Shown: in pieces, positions 41,577-54,105 of the stretch | Position numbering within the stretch: the first letter of the stretch is position 1 | Layout of the letters: every line of letters begins with the position of its first letter | Origin: the human T2T-CHM13v2.0 reference genome, Homo sapiens | Length of the DNA: 64,000 bases | Assembly: GCF_009914755.1 (NCBI RefSeq) | Contig: NC_060928.1 | Strand: one strand, 5' to 3' | The notes under the pieces: generated by a model | Told to the model about the DNA's origin: nothing | The model's database searches: none | What the model saw: the letters and a program-made list of their open reading frames with translations, nothing else | Made by a program: the position numbers and the translations under genes

Positions 41577-41974
41577 CTCTTAACATTTTCTCTTTTAAGG
41601 CAATGTGCAGTTTCAAAGACTAGTAACTAAAGTTTCTTGCCATCATATGTAATGGTTCATAGTCCCTTGCAACGACAAGGGGGCTGAAATCTTTGGAAGA
41701 ACAGGGCTTATTGTCTGGGTTCTCCCACAGTTCCTTGGAGGTTGCCACATACACCCATCCTCATCTGTCAGATGCTTCTTTCTGTCAGCTTCATAGCATC
41801 AGCCACAATACTGCTTACTACTCTGACTAGTTGAGGAAGATAACTAGAAGGTTTCCCTGAAGTCATAGCTTAAGGTATTTTAACTGTTGCCTTCTGGGGA
41901 TAGAAATCCTAGTTTTGATTTCCAAGCCAAAAAGGAGGGTATTAGGTTTTTTGTTTTTAAAATTCAGTACATAG

Positions 41975-42415
41975 TGTTATAAATAAAGTTTCAGTGCCAC
42001 AAAAGAAATAGCACTCAAATATAAAATTTTCTTTTCAATCCTCAGCAAGGCAATTTACTTTTATAGAAGGGTGCGCCCTCACAGATGGAGCAATGGTGAC
42101 CACACACTTGGACAAGGGAGGGGAAGGGGTTCTTATCCCTGACGCACGTGCTGCTGTGTTGTTCCCCTATTGGCTAGGGTTAGACCGCATGGGCTAAACT
42201 AATTCCGATTGGCTAATTTAAAGAGAGTGACGGGGTGAGTGGTTTGGCGGGAAAAATGGTTATGACAGAGCAGGTAATTGGAATGAGTCAGGGTGGAGTA
42301 GGTAATTGAAAAAGGTTGCTTTATGAGGAAGTTAAGTTTAAAAGTAGAAGGCAAAGAATTAAACATACTGACATATTGATTCTTTGAAGAGAAAATTTAG
42401 AACTCATATCTAACA
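41975..42415 (-). mobile_element. ERV1 solo LTR, LTR10 family (LTR10A/F-like)
   Basis: Reverse complement starts 'tgttagatatgagttctaaattttctcttcaaagaatcaatatgtcagtatg'; 4-bp TSD ATAG; AP-1 TGAGTCA at 42284-42290. Confidence 0.85.
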
Positions 42416-42736
42416 ATAGGAAGGGAATTTTAGGGTCAGCAAAGTTTATCTGTATCTGTTTAACTTTAAATTACATCACCTAGGTAGAATATTAGGAAGA
42501 ACAGGTATGAATTGTTAACATAGTCATAAAAGTACTAGGTATATTCATTATTATTTTAATTTTAAAGCTTTGTGAAAGGTTAAGAGTGATATGACAAATA
42601 TAAGTAAAAAGACTTACCTGCATGATGTAGCAATAGACTTTAGCAGCTTTTAAAACTAAAGTGCCTCATTTTCCAGGACCTCAGTTTACTTAACTGTAAA
42701 TGGAGGATAATAGTTCTGAGGATTAGAAGAAATAAC

Positions 42737-42815
42737 TTGTATAAATTATTTGTATAAATTATTATATTTGTATTTGTATGAATTATTATATTTGTATAAA
42801 TTTGTATAAATTATT
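42737..42815 (+). repeat. Short degenerate tandem repeat of 'ttgtataaattatt(ata)' inside a MIR remnant
   Basis: About 5-6 partial copies seen directly. Confidence 0.75.
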
Positions 42816-42909
42816 GTCTACCATGAGCAAACATAAACATTTTCTATTGTTATTTAGCCAATAAGTTTAAATGACTCATACACACAGAAGACAGTGCTAG
42901 TCTTGCTAA

Positions 42910-43655
42910 TGAGGACTAAGCTCTGATTTTTTTTAATCTTGCCCTAATTCCTATTTAAGGGGTCTGGAGAGTCATACCTTACAAACCATAAATTCTCAGC
43001 AGACCCTATATATTGTGACTTACTTCCCAATCTGACTCTTACTTTCCAACTATATGACAAAGAAGAAAGTCAAAATATTTTACCCCAAAATATGTTTCTT
43101 TGCCTTATTTTGAAATGGCCCTGCAAAACTGTCCTTTGTGGGGAAAAATTTGCATCTGTAAAGAATCTCTATTAACATGGCTAGATCTTTTTCTTCCAGG
43201 TACTCCCAATCCTAAAGAGATTAACTAAGAGTCTAGTACCTTTTAAAGGTCTGAATAGGAAACACTTGTCATCCTCTCTCTCTAAGGGCAGCCACTATAA
43301 TACTTCAAAAAAGTCTTGGTCACCACAATCTTTTATCTTAACCTGAACATTTCCTTTCTATCATTCCAGGTCTGTAGACAAACTCGACCAATTGTCAAGT
43401 GGAAAAGTTACCTATAGCCTGGAAGCCCCGGCTTTCAGTTGTCCTGCCTTTCTGGATCAAACCAATGTATTTCTTAAATGTGTTTGATTGATGTCTCATG
43501 CCTCCCTAAAATGTATAAAAACAAGCTGCACCCCAACCACCTTGGACATGTTCTCAGGACCTCCTGAGGGCTGTGTCACGGGCCATGGTCACTCATATTT
43601 GGCTCAGAATATATCTCTTCAAATATTTTACAGAGTTTGACTCTTTCTGTTGACA
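42910..43655 (+). mobile_element. ERV1 solo LTR, MER4D-like
   Basis: 'tgaggactaagctctgattt'...'cagagtttgactctttctgttgaca'; 4-bp TSD CTAA. Confidence 0.85.
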
Positions 43656-44681
43656 CTAACAAACAGAATAATAGAAATAAATCAAACTCCTGTTCACACA
43701 TTGTATTCATATATTGTATTCATACTACAGGATAAGAGAAAATATACAAAATTTCTCGAAAAATGATGGAAGACAAATTGTACCAGAAGCTCTTAAAGAG
43801 GTATCAACAGCTGCTGTGGGAACTGAAGGTTAGAAAGGGTAATAGGTCTTGGGGTTCTGGAAAGGTCCACAAAGGAGCAGAACTTTTTAATCTGAGCCTT
43901 AAAAGGAAAGGAGGTATGAGGTGGAAGTTTATTTATATAATTGCCAATTACACCCAGCAAACCGATAATATAAAAATGATAGGAGTCGCCTAGACGACTG
44001 GCTCCAGGCAGCTAACATGTGCTCTTTATTATTTTCAAGACAGAGTTGAGACTAAGCATAAGGAGAAAAGACTGAACTGAACAAAGATGTGATCACTCAT
44101 ATTATATACACACATTGCATTGTTAAAGGGATCTTCTAGTTTTAATAGAGTTAGGAGAAAGTAGGTTGCCAAATTTAAAACAATGTTCTTTTTGGAGTTT
44201 TTTGCCATCAAAAAAGTAACATTTCCTTAGGTCATACAATACAGTAATTCAAAAATAGGTGAATATGTATGTATGTATTTTTTGCATGAATGTGTTTATA
44301 ATAGATTTTTTATGTATCCAGAAATGTAACTTAGACTATCATGTCCTCACAGTCAACCAAATTTGTTTAAAATTACTTTATTTAAACTAATTTTCCAATT
44401 TCAACATGTGTACAGCTAATACCTTTTCTTCCATGCTGAGCTCTTCTCTAAGCTGTTTGCTAAAATGAAGCCTTATTTTTGATTCTCTGAAACTACTGCC
44501 CTGGCTTACACACATCTCTTGTAACAGTCCATGATTTGAATACCATATGTGGAGGAAATGTTTATAAGTGAAAAATGATCTACTCCCAAACAAACTGAGC
44601 AGCATAGTCAAGGTCTTCAGAGGAAGAGGAGTGGGGGCTGTAAAATAGAAGGGGCTCTAGGAGGCTGTTTCCCACTGATAG

Positions 44682-45043
<362 letters not shown>

Positions 45044-45065
45044 ACTGTCTTAAGCCAGTATATCC

Positions 45066-45066
<1 letters not shown>

Positions 45067-45112
<46 letters not shown>
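45067..45112 (+). repeat. (AC)23 microsatellite
   Basis: Perfect dinucleotide run. Confidence 0.97.
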
Positions 45113-45114
<2 letters not shown>

Positions 45115-45573
45115 ATACAATGAACAGGTTAAATTCGATGCTCAAAAATACTATTCTGAATCAATGATGACATTTTACTTTGTGAGGAGAGGAAACAGGA
45201 AATGCTACAATCTAAAGTGACACCATTGTCCCAGCTGGGGTGGGAATACATGCAGAGTGAGAACATCCAGGGGGATCTAAGACTCTCTTCCTTCCGGCTT
45301 GGTAGAATCACCTGGATTTCTCAAATCTTGGTGTTCTTATATTTGATATTTTTACCAAAATCAAAGGGCTACTATGAATATGAAATGGGATATTTTATGT
45401 AAAACACTTAGCACAGCTCCTGGTACAATGGATGTAAAATAGCATTGTAAAAATCAATTATTAAGTATAAATAGCACTTCAATGACACTGCACAAATGCA
45501 GGACCCAAGTGTTGGAAAGATAAAGCAAGTGATGTAAGTTTGATCAAGTTATATGGGGAATTATGTGTGGTAA

Positions 45574-46344
45574 TTATACGAACAGGCGACAGAGAAATAC
45601 TAGGTAGAAGAGGGCAGTTCCTCGGCAAAGGCCCCACTCTCAATCCCGGATACCTGCAGCCCTAAATAAGGACAGGCTATCCTGTTTTTGTGCTATAAAA
45701 GTTGCCTTTTGGCCAACCACACCCCCTATCCTGTACCTATATAAACGATGAACCCCAGGCCCTAGAGGGAGATGAGGAGACAAGGAGACAAGCAAATGAA
45801 CAGCAGAACGGCGCAGCAGAGAAAGAGAAGGAGCGTCTGAGAACCAAAAGAAGTTCGGCTGGAGCAGTCAGAGAGGAGTTCGGCTGCTGGACAGCCAAAC
45901 TCCAGGGGAAGATCCCACTCCATCCCCCTTCTAGCTCCCATGCATCCCACTGAGAGCCACCTCCACCACTCAATAAAGCCCCGACATTCACCACCCTTCA
46001 AGTCTGTGTGCGACTCGATACTCCTGGGGACACTGGACAAGAGCTCATGACACAGAAAATGTCACACTGGCCCATTACAGAAAAGCAGAGGGGGCACTGA
46101 GCTGGTTAACACTTAAGCAGTCTGTGGACAGCAGAGCTAAAAGAGCACTGTAACGCTGGGGTCACAGGCACCCACCATTAGACACTACCATGGGGCCAGA
46201 CCCCAAAGCGCTTGCCCTGGCTCCCGCACCTGCTCATCTGCATGCTCCCGCTCCTGAAAGGGGTTTGAGCTCACAGTGGTGGTGTAGAGAGCCACACCCC
46301 TGTCACAGGCCCTGCAAGGGGAGCCAGGGAACTCTCCAGTTTCA
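45574..46344 (+). mobile_element. ERV1 solo LTR, LTR1 family
   Basis: 'atacgaacaggcgacagagaaatactaggtagaagagggcagttcc'...'ggaactctccagtttca'; TATA 'tatataaa' and AATAAA; 4-bp TSD GTAA. Confidence 0.85.
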
Positions 46345-47974
46345 GTAACAACACCCATTAATGCTATATATTAGGTGTTATATATCAGTTTTTACCCCAG
46401 AAGCAGATCTCTAATATGCTCTCCATTTCTCTTTCTCATTACAAAAATAATGAAAATTTCTGTGGTCAATTAAATAAATAATTCTGCTTGCAAAACTGTT
46501 AAACTAAGTTCTAGGGAAGTAAGAGCAACCCTAGGAATGGACTGTAAGTATGAAGACACTTTCTTTTTTACTTTGAGAAAATCACCCTGCCAGTTTCTCA
46601 ATTTATGTGTCTTCTCCTATAGCAATCGAAATATTTTAGCAGTTTTTGTTGTTGTTCTTGAAAATCTAGGTTAAAATTAGATGGTTTCTCAAATAGTTAC
46701 AACTTACTAGAGGCCTTGATTTCTCAGTGTATTTCCTCCAAAAAACAATGTTCTCAGAATGAAAATGTTAATTCAATCATCATTAGCATCTGAGATTCTT
46801 CCTTTACAAAATCGGAGAGACGGTATGTTGAAAGTACATTGACCAGGTACATCTCACTCTTTGTTGCTCAACAGGTATCTCAGGGGGAAAAAAAGTAGTG
46901 GCAAAAGACCAGGTCGACAGAAACACTGAGAGAAATCATATACCGAGGAAGTGCTCCATTTCCTTTGTTCTTTATGTGTTCTATAAATATTTCATGTATT
47001 TGTTAAAGCTGTGTTATTGCTGGAAGCCAGCCTTCTCCCTTGTTTAATTCTTCTCCCATCCTTGAAGCCTAGAAATGTTTGAAATATAGAGTCTGCATTC
47101 CTTGTACATGTTTTGTTAATAAACAACATGTGAAAATTAGGGATAAAAACTTCTTAAAAGGAAGAGAAAGAAAAATAACTAGGATGACTGGCAAGATAAA
47201 AGTCTCAACACCCTGGGGGTGACCTTGGGGCAATGACATTTATCAAAAATCTACGAATTGAAAATATGAGTGGTTGGTTCAAATGGGAATGAGAGTCAGC
47301 TTTTTCTTCTCATGGCTATGTTTGCCTTCCTTGGCCCATGTGGCAGGAAAGTCAGGCAGGTTTGAGGGGCTTTGTTAGAAAGCTGCCTGCGGGTGGTTCA
47401 TCGCCAGTTGTGTTTACTTCAGTGCTAAAAGGGTATATTTCCTGTTTAAATAGTGTGCAACGTTGAGGTCATGGGACCTCTATTGGAAATGTCAACAAAA
47501 CCATTTCACTCACTAACATTTTAAACCCAGAAGCTGGAATAATGGAAGAAATCAATAAATCAGAAATAAACATGGAATTTTCTTCCTTTGGAGACCCTAA
47601 TGACCCTGCTGTTTCAATCTCGTCTGGGTTGTGAATTGAGCAGCAGTGGAAACGTTTGGGCTTTGGTAGACACACACTTCAGCTTCTCTTTTTTCCCTTA
47701 TGAACATGACGATCAGACTACTACCATTATTTTTCCTCTCAAAATAATAGTATGTGTATTCTAAAACGGCATTAATCAGTTGGAAAGGTGTGATCTACTT
47801 CACATGGGTATAAAAACAGTGTAATCCAAATGTGGATACCAAAATTAACTTGCACAAATAAAAAAGTGCCAAAATCTACAACAAATTCCATACTGTGTTC
47901 TGTCTTTTGTAGAAAATAGCTATACCATTTAATATATGCCAAACAATGTGTAACAAAATTAGCTCATTTGTCTT

Positions 47975-48130
47975 CAAACCATTTTATAAATCTCCATTTT
48001 ACTGACGGGGAAATGGGGGCTCAGAAAGATTGAGTCCTGGTCAAAGTTCATAGAGCTGATACACACGGAAGTCCAAATTCCAATCTATGCTTGTCCGATT
48101 GGACACCTGAGCACTTAGCTGCTCCCACAC
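47975..48130 (-). mobile_element. MIR remnant
   Basis: 'ctccattttactgacggggaaatgggggctcagaaag'. Confidence 0.65.
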
Positions 48131-48889
48131 ATTCTCCAATTAGAAGTTATATGGCTGTACTTGCTTAGGAACAAGGCTGGTTCAACTCTTATAGACAAAG
48201 TCTTACTAAAGATATTTGAATCACAGAAGCTCAGGGGTATTGAATGCTAAGATTACCATATAATGCATAGTCTTTCAAACCATGATACTTTGTTGAATGA
48301 AAGAATGAGCTAATAAAACTTTCCTAGAGAAACAGGTATAAACCAAGACTGATCAAGATCAAGGAAAATTGGAATGTTTGTTCCTTCTGCTTATAATCTT
48401 GGCTAACTGTCTTATGGTTCATGAATTTTTTAGCATCATACTAATATTAGGAATTATAATTTCATTATATAATATATAATTATAATTTAAGTTTGCTATT
48501 AAAATCCAGATTTGTTTATATATATTAGTTTATTATCAGAGCTAATTCTTCAGTTAGGAATTATAATTTTCTTTTTACAGATTTACAAAGATTCAGAGGA
48601 GACAGGTTGACTTGTAAAAGGGCAATTAATTGGGAAAAATTGGGATTCAATCCTAGGTTTTAAATATTACCCTTTGTTCTTTTCTTTTGTTTTTCTTGGT
48701 TCCTAAATGCCTAGGAAAAGCTTATCAACAAATTGCTGTGAAACCTATCTTTCAATTATTTCAGTCACACAGAATTCATTAGTTCTCAAGATGGAACTTT
48801 ATTAGATAATCCATTTAGAATATTGCATCATGAGGGCATAAAAAACAAATACAACAATCTTATTTCCCACTTCAAATTCTTAGAAGAGA

Positions 48890-49735
48890 TCAAATGAAGC
48901 CAAGGTCAGCGCGATCAGCAGCCTGCTCTGACTGCCCTTCCATTCAAACAACCCTCAGAACTGACATCCATCCACGATCAGCATTAGGAATCTTCCAGTA
49001 TAAAGATGGCCAGAACACCACAAATCACCAAATGTTTGAGGAAAAGTAATACCACAAAAGTATTAAACTGAACAAACTGAACAACATAAAAGAAATGTAG
49101 TCGATAGGAATAAACAGATTTCCAAATGATATCATTAGAGAGACTGAGAATCTACTGCATCCACAAAAATACATCAGCTATAGACATTGTAAATTCGTTT
49201 GATTTCCATAATAAATGCTTATTAGCAGACAAGAGCAGCATGAATGTAGCTGAGAAGAGAATTCATATGTTATAAGAATCAGTCAAGGAAGTCTCAGAAT
49301 ACAGAGTTAAAGCTAACAAATAATCAACAAGAAGGGATGCAAAATATGAGGAAGGCTTAATTGACTTTGTGGCTAGATTAGAAAATTTCAGTATTCACTT
49401 AAGGGTGATCCAGAAGGCTTGAACTAGGCTGGATATGAAAGGAGGAAATAATTCTTAAGACTTAAATAAGACCTAAGTATTTGATTTAAAATGACGTGCT
49501 AAGAGCCACACAACATAAATAAGGATATATTCCCTTAAACATTTTTAAGACATTTCAAAACAATAATGACAAAAGGAGAATTTGAAATGCTTTTGAGGAG
49601 CCTAAAAAATACAGGCTCAACAACCAACGTTTTTTTCTTTATTGGGAACACTTGACCCTAAAAGACAATAGGGTATCTTTTTCAAATTCCTCATTAAAAA
49701 TTTTGATCCTAGAAATCCATCCCTAACTGTTCGCT
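48890..49735 (+). mobile_element. HAL1/L1ME ORF1-like remnant
   Basis: A-rich; 'aatcaccaaatgtttgaggaaa', 'tactgcatccacaaaa', 'ttttgatcctagaaatc'. Confidence 0.45.
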
Positions 49736-49739
49736 AGAG

Positions 49740-50252
49740 ATTCTCTCAATTCAGCAGAAATATAACTCTAGTGGTTTAAAAAGAGTTTTCACTTAACAAG
49801 ATGTTTCATATTAAGGCAACCCAGAGCTGATGCAACAATTTCTCAATGCCATTAATATCCAGTAAGCTCCTTCTATCCAAGGATCACTATCCTTTGGATG
49901 TGATTTTTACCTTCACAAGGCATCTAATGGCCATGGGATGACTGGCCATTCTTTCACATCTGCATTCCAAGAAGGAGGAAGAGGAAAATAATGGGACAGC
50001 AGTTGTGCCTATATTGGAAACTATATTCAATACTGTGGCTATACTGAAAGGCAAACTTTCCTAAACATGCCCAGATCTGCACCTACAACTGTCTGTGACC
50101 AGACCCATGTTATATGCCCACATTTTCAAAAAAGGCGGGGAAACCTAGCTTTTAGTAAGATGCATTTCTACCATCAACTAAGATGGAGTTACAATCACAA
50201 GGAAAACTGTCTGAGAATGGGTATTGAATAGGAATTCAGCAGGGTCTGTGCA
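49740..50252 (-). mobile_element. MLT1-type LTR
   Basis: 'cacatctgcattccaagaaggaggaag', 'gaatgggtattgaataggaattcagcagggtctg'. Confidence 0.6.
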
Positions 50253-50669
50253 TGACTTTCCTTAGTGTAGCTCACTAATTCTTCTGTTAATGAGCACTAA
50301 TTTCACATGCGCTTTTTAAAGCACCTTAACACAGACTTAGTGTATGTAAAGCTCACTGGTTTTGCATTCAAGTTTATTTTATAGATACTGACAATTAGCC
50401 ATGTCTTTTCTTTATATTTTTCTTGGTGGAGAAAATGTTTTTTATCTTTCCTCAGCTACTCCATGAAAAGTCACTGAGGTCCTCAATTTGCTTGTTCAAA
50501 TCTACCTTATTCCTAAGGATTTGTGCTTTTCTGCCTGCCTATGAGGCTCACAACTAAGTCACTTATTCAGATCGAGAATCTGGAAGTCTAGTCATGGTGC
50601 CAGGCTTCTAAGTCATCACATGAGTTCAATTTTGGCTAATCAGATACAGACCGTAATGCGTACTAGAAA

Positions 50670-50900
50670 GTTCATGGAACCATGCAGACCAAATGAATCC
50701 TGGGTGTGCTAGAACTGTGAATTCTTGGGCATGTTACTTAATCTCATCTTTCTAACATGCAAATGGAGAATCTCATGCTTATCTTCTACTATTATTGTGA
50801 GCAATAATTAGGTAACAAATGTAAAATTACCTAGTAGAATGCCTAGCACACAGTAACAGCCAAAAAAGAGAAATAATTGCTCTTGTTGCTGTTGTTATTT
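50670..50900 (+). mobile_element. MIR SINE
   Basis: 'ttgggcatgttacttaatctc...tgtaaaattacctagtagaatgcctagcacacagtaa'. Confidence 0.7.
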
Positions 50901-51399
50901 TTACTGCTCACCCAGAGGTGACACTGGGTTACTTTGTGTGCAATTTTTAAGTTGCAGGTTTCAAAATTCCATCACTCTCACTGGCCCTACTTATATAAAC
51001 AGGTTTTGATTTCTTTTGCATTGTGGTGTTACTATGCCAATATCCTAAGCTAGTTTTTAAGGACTGTGACCCTATCTGGAACTTCGGTGAATGGAATGAG
51101 TGCCTAACTTTCTGGCCAGCCCTTTTCTGCAGACTGTACCTACCTGTCCCCTAGGTATCCCACCACTGGCCTGGCTCTTCCTCTGCCTTGTACATAGTTC
51201 AGAAAAAGCCTGAGGGGCCATTTTTAAAAAAATAAATAGGCTTGGGTTTGCCATTCCCTCTGGAGACTGTGCTTTGATGTTTTGATGGTTTGAAGTTCAT
51301 GTTTGCCTCTGGGTCGGTTACGATGTCACCACAGTTCTCAAGTTAGGTTGTGGAATCTGGACTTTCGTACTCTGCTTAATGTTGCTGTGTGATCTATCA

Positions 51400-51710
51400 G
51401 CATTGCATCCAAACAGGCTAAGCTATGACTCACATGTTGTATACTTGTGAAATTGGATTCTTTGCTTATAAACACAGGACTTTTAATTTATCCCTGCTTA
51501 GTCAATTGCATCTATTTATGTTAAATGCCTGCAGTAGGTAGAGTATCTTATTCTTTGGCACTTCCAGCTTTGTATCCAGCCTATATTTGATAAGAATGTC
51601 CTATGCATGTACATCTAAGTTACTGATGTAAACACTTAGCAAGACAAAGCCATTGACAGTGCCCAATAGCATACCAATCAGAAGCTTTCTCCAGAGAGAG
51701 ATGTATCATT
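51400..51710 (-). mobile_element. L3/CR1 remnant
   Basis: 'caggacttttaatttatccctg', 'ccagctttgtatcc...tttgataagaatg', 'catctaagttactgatgtaaacac'. Confidence 0.5.
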
Positions 51711-52107
51711 TCAAAAGCACATTTACTTATATTTGTATAGGAATCAGTGTATAATAGATTCAGATTTCCATGCTTCTTTTTTCTACTATAGGAGAACAAC
51801 TAAAAAACTTTAAATTTCTGGATTATGTTTTGACTTCTGTCAGTTCCAAGATACTTATGTGTTTTGGGTTTTACTAGGCCAGGTATTTAGAGAAAGTACC
51901 CAGCTCTAGATTTAATAGTAACTTCAGACCTAAATTTGCCTATTATACAATCATATTTTATTTCTTTAAATTCTAAAGTATCAATTTTACAAATAGATCT
52001 GATTTTTCAACGGAATTTTCCTAATTGTTGGAAGAAAACTTATCTGAACTTCGTACTTACCTGAATCCAAGAAATTTTGTCAACTGATAAAAATCAGTAC
52101 ATTAATA

Positions 52108-52530
52108 ATTTTTATTTTATTTTATTGTGGTTAGAACATTTAACCTGAGAATGAACTTCTCAAGAAATTAAGTTTACAATACATTATTGTTGGCTACAAA
52201 TACAATGTTTTATAGCATATTTCTAGAGCATATTCATTTTGCTTAACTGAAACTTGGTGCCTGTTGATTAGTAACTTCAATGTCCCCCACCCCCTGGCAT
52301 CCACCATTCCACGCTTTGATTCTAGGAATTAGACTACTTTAGGTACCTTGTATAAGTGAAATGATGCACTTTTGCCTTTCTGTGACTGGCTTATTTCACT
52401 CAGCATAATATCCTTAAGGTTCATTCATGTTGTGGAACATTACAGAATTTCCATCTTTTTCAGTCTAAATAGTGCCCAATTGTAGGTATTTGTCATATTT
52501 TCTTTATCCATTCATCTGCTAATGGCCATT
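52108..52530 (-). mobile_element. L1MA-like 3' end
   Basis: 'tctgtgactggcttatttcactcagcataatatcc...ttctttatccattcatctg'. Confidence 0.85.
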
Positions 52531-52896
52531 TTTCTCTTTTTAGCTAACCAGTTATTTTAATAGCAGATAGATATAGCTAGCTCTACTTTATATGAACATT
52601 TGGAGTGCTTTAAGTAGAATTAATTCGTTACAAACTTTATTTTGTTTAATCCTCACAAGAATTTACAATGAAGCAATTAGCTCAGTGAGGTGGAGTAATT
52701 TATCTAAAGTTGCACAACTAGTGAGAAAAAACTAAGGTTTGAACTCAGGTAGGCTGACACCAGAACAATTACAATTAATCACTTAACCATTAGTACTTTA
52801 TATACAATATTTATGTTCAACTTTAGAACAGTTAAAGTGGAATTTTGTTACTTGTTTAGCTTTTCCAACATAAGAGATTTTCTCTGGAAATTCCTG

Positions 52897-53150
52897 GGCC
52901 AGATGTAGTGGCTTACGCCTGTAATCCCAATACTTTGGGAAACTGAGGTGAGAGGGTCCTTAATCCCAGGAGTTTGAGACCAGCCTAGGCAAGAGTGAGA
53001 CCCTGTCTCTACAAAAAAAATAAGAAAAAAAAAATGTTAGCTAAGCATGGTGGCACATGTCTGTAGTTGCACCTGCCTAGGAAGTTGAGGTGGGAGAATC
53101 ACTTAAGTCCGAGAGTTCAAGGCTGCAGTGAGCCATGATCACTCCACTAC
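52897..53150 (+). mobile_element. AluJ-type SINE, 3'-truncated (no tail or TSD)
   Basis: Alu similarity ends at 'gtgagccatgatcactccactac', just before the duplicated block. Confidence 0.9.
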
Positions 53151-53155
53151 TAGAG

Positions 53156-53457
53156 GAAAAGTCCACATCAATACCTATAGCATAAAAATATAGGAGAGGT
53201 TATTCTCCTCTGAGGCCGCTGAGGTATGTCATTGCTTTTGTGTTTTGAATGACTTCAGTTTAAAGATTGAGCAAAATAGCATAGAAAGGGCTTGCTAGGA
53301 TTTCAAGTCTAACTTTGTAATGAATCTGGTGCTTCGTTACATGGTGGATAGATGTAGAGATAATAGGGACGGCTGTCTTATTGCTAGGAACAATGGTTTT
53401 CTTAGCATGACTCTTTATCCCTATAAGCCATCCAGGATTATATTTCCTAGTCCTGTT
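53156..53457 (+). repeat. 302-bp local duplication, copy 1
   Basis: Ungapped match to 56283-56584, about 18 mismatches by hand count. Confidence 0.95.
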
Positions 53458-53459
53458 GA

Positions 53460-54105
53460 CCAAGCTGGAAGCTGTCTCTCCAGCCTCCTTCCCAGCTTCC
53501 ATCCTCACAACAGCCTCATCAGAGCCTGACTCAGGATGGGGAGTTTTCCTTTCTTTCTTTGGGGTGGCAGCAGTAACAGTTGTTGCTTATGACATTGATA
53601 GTGGTAGGGGTGGAAGTTGCAGAAAAATTCATGCTCTTTGGGTGTTAAATTGCAACGGCACAAGCTTACAGCCTTAGAATTTAGGTTGGTGGCCACAGCA
53701 ATGAGATGCACATTGCATTGTGCATTGTTCCTGGCTGCTAAGTTTTGAGTCTGATTTTCCAACACCCCCCAATATTTCTGTGAGGTACCCAATATTGTTT
53801 CAATAAACTAGAAACATAATGTGGGGTATTGGTTAAGAGTATAGGCCCTGGGGCTAGAATCCCTGAAAATAAATCCCTGCTCTCCACTTCTTGTGACCTG
53901 GGGTAAGTAAGTTAACCCCTGAGTGTCTCAATTTCCTTATCTGTGAAAGGGAATGATAATAGTGTGGGAATTTGATGAGTATGTAGTATTCAGAAGAGTC
54001 AATGGCAGGCAGAAAGCATTCCATAATTGTCTCTTATATTATGAGGCTAATTTTCTCATTAATCAGGCAAAGTCTGGTTCTTACAACTAGGAACTATGAC
54101 TGATA
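53460..54105 (+). mobile_element. Old ERVL-type LTR fragment split by a MIR (~53820-54040)
   Basis: 'aatattgtttcaataaa' then MIR 'ggttaagag...gtgacctggggtaagtaagttaacc', then LTR end 'cttacaactaggaactatgactgata'. Confidence 0.5.
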
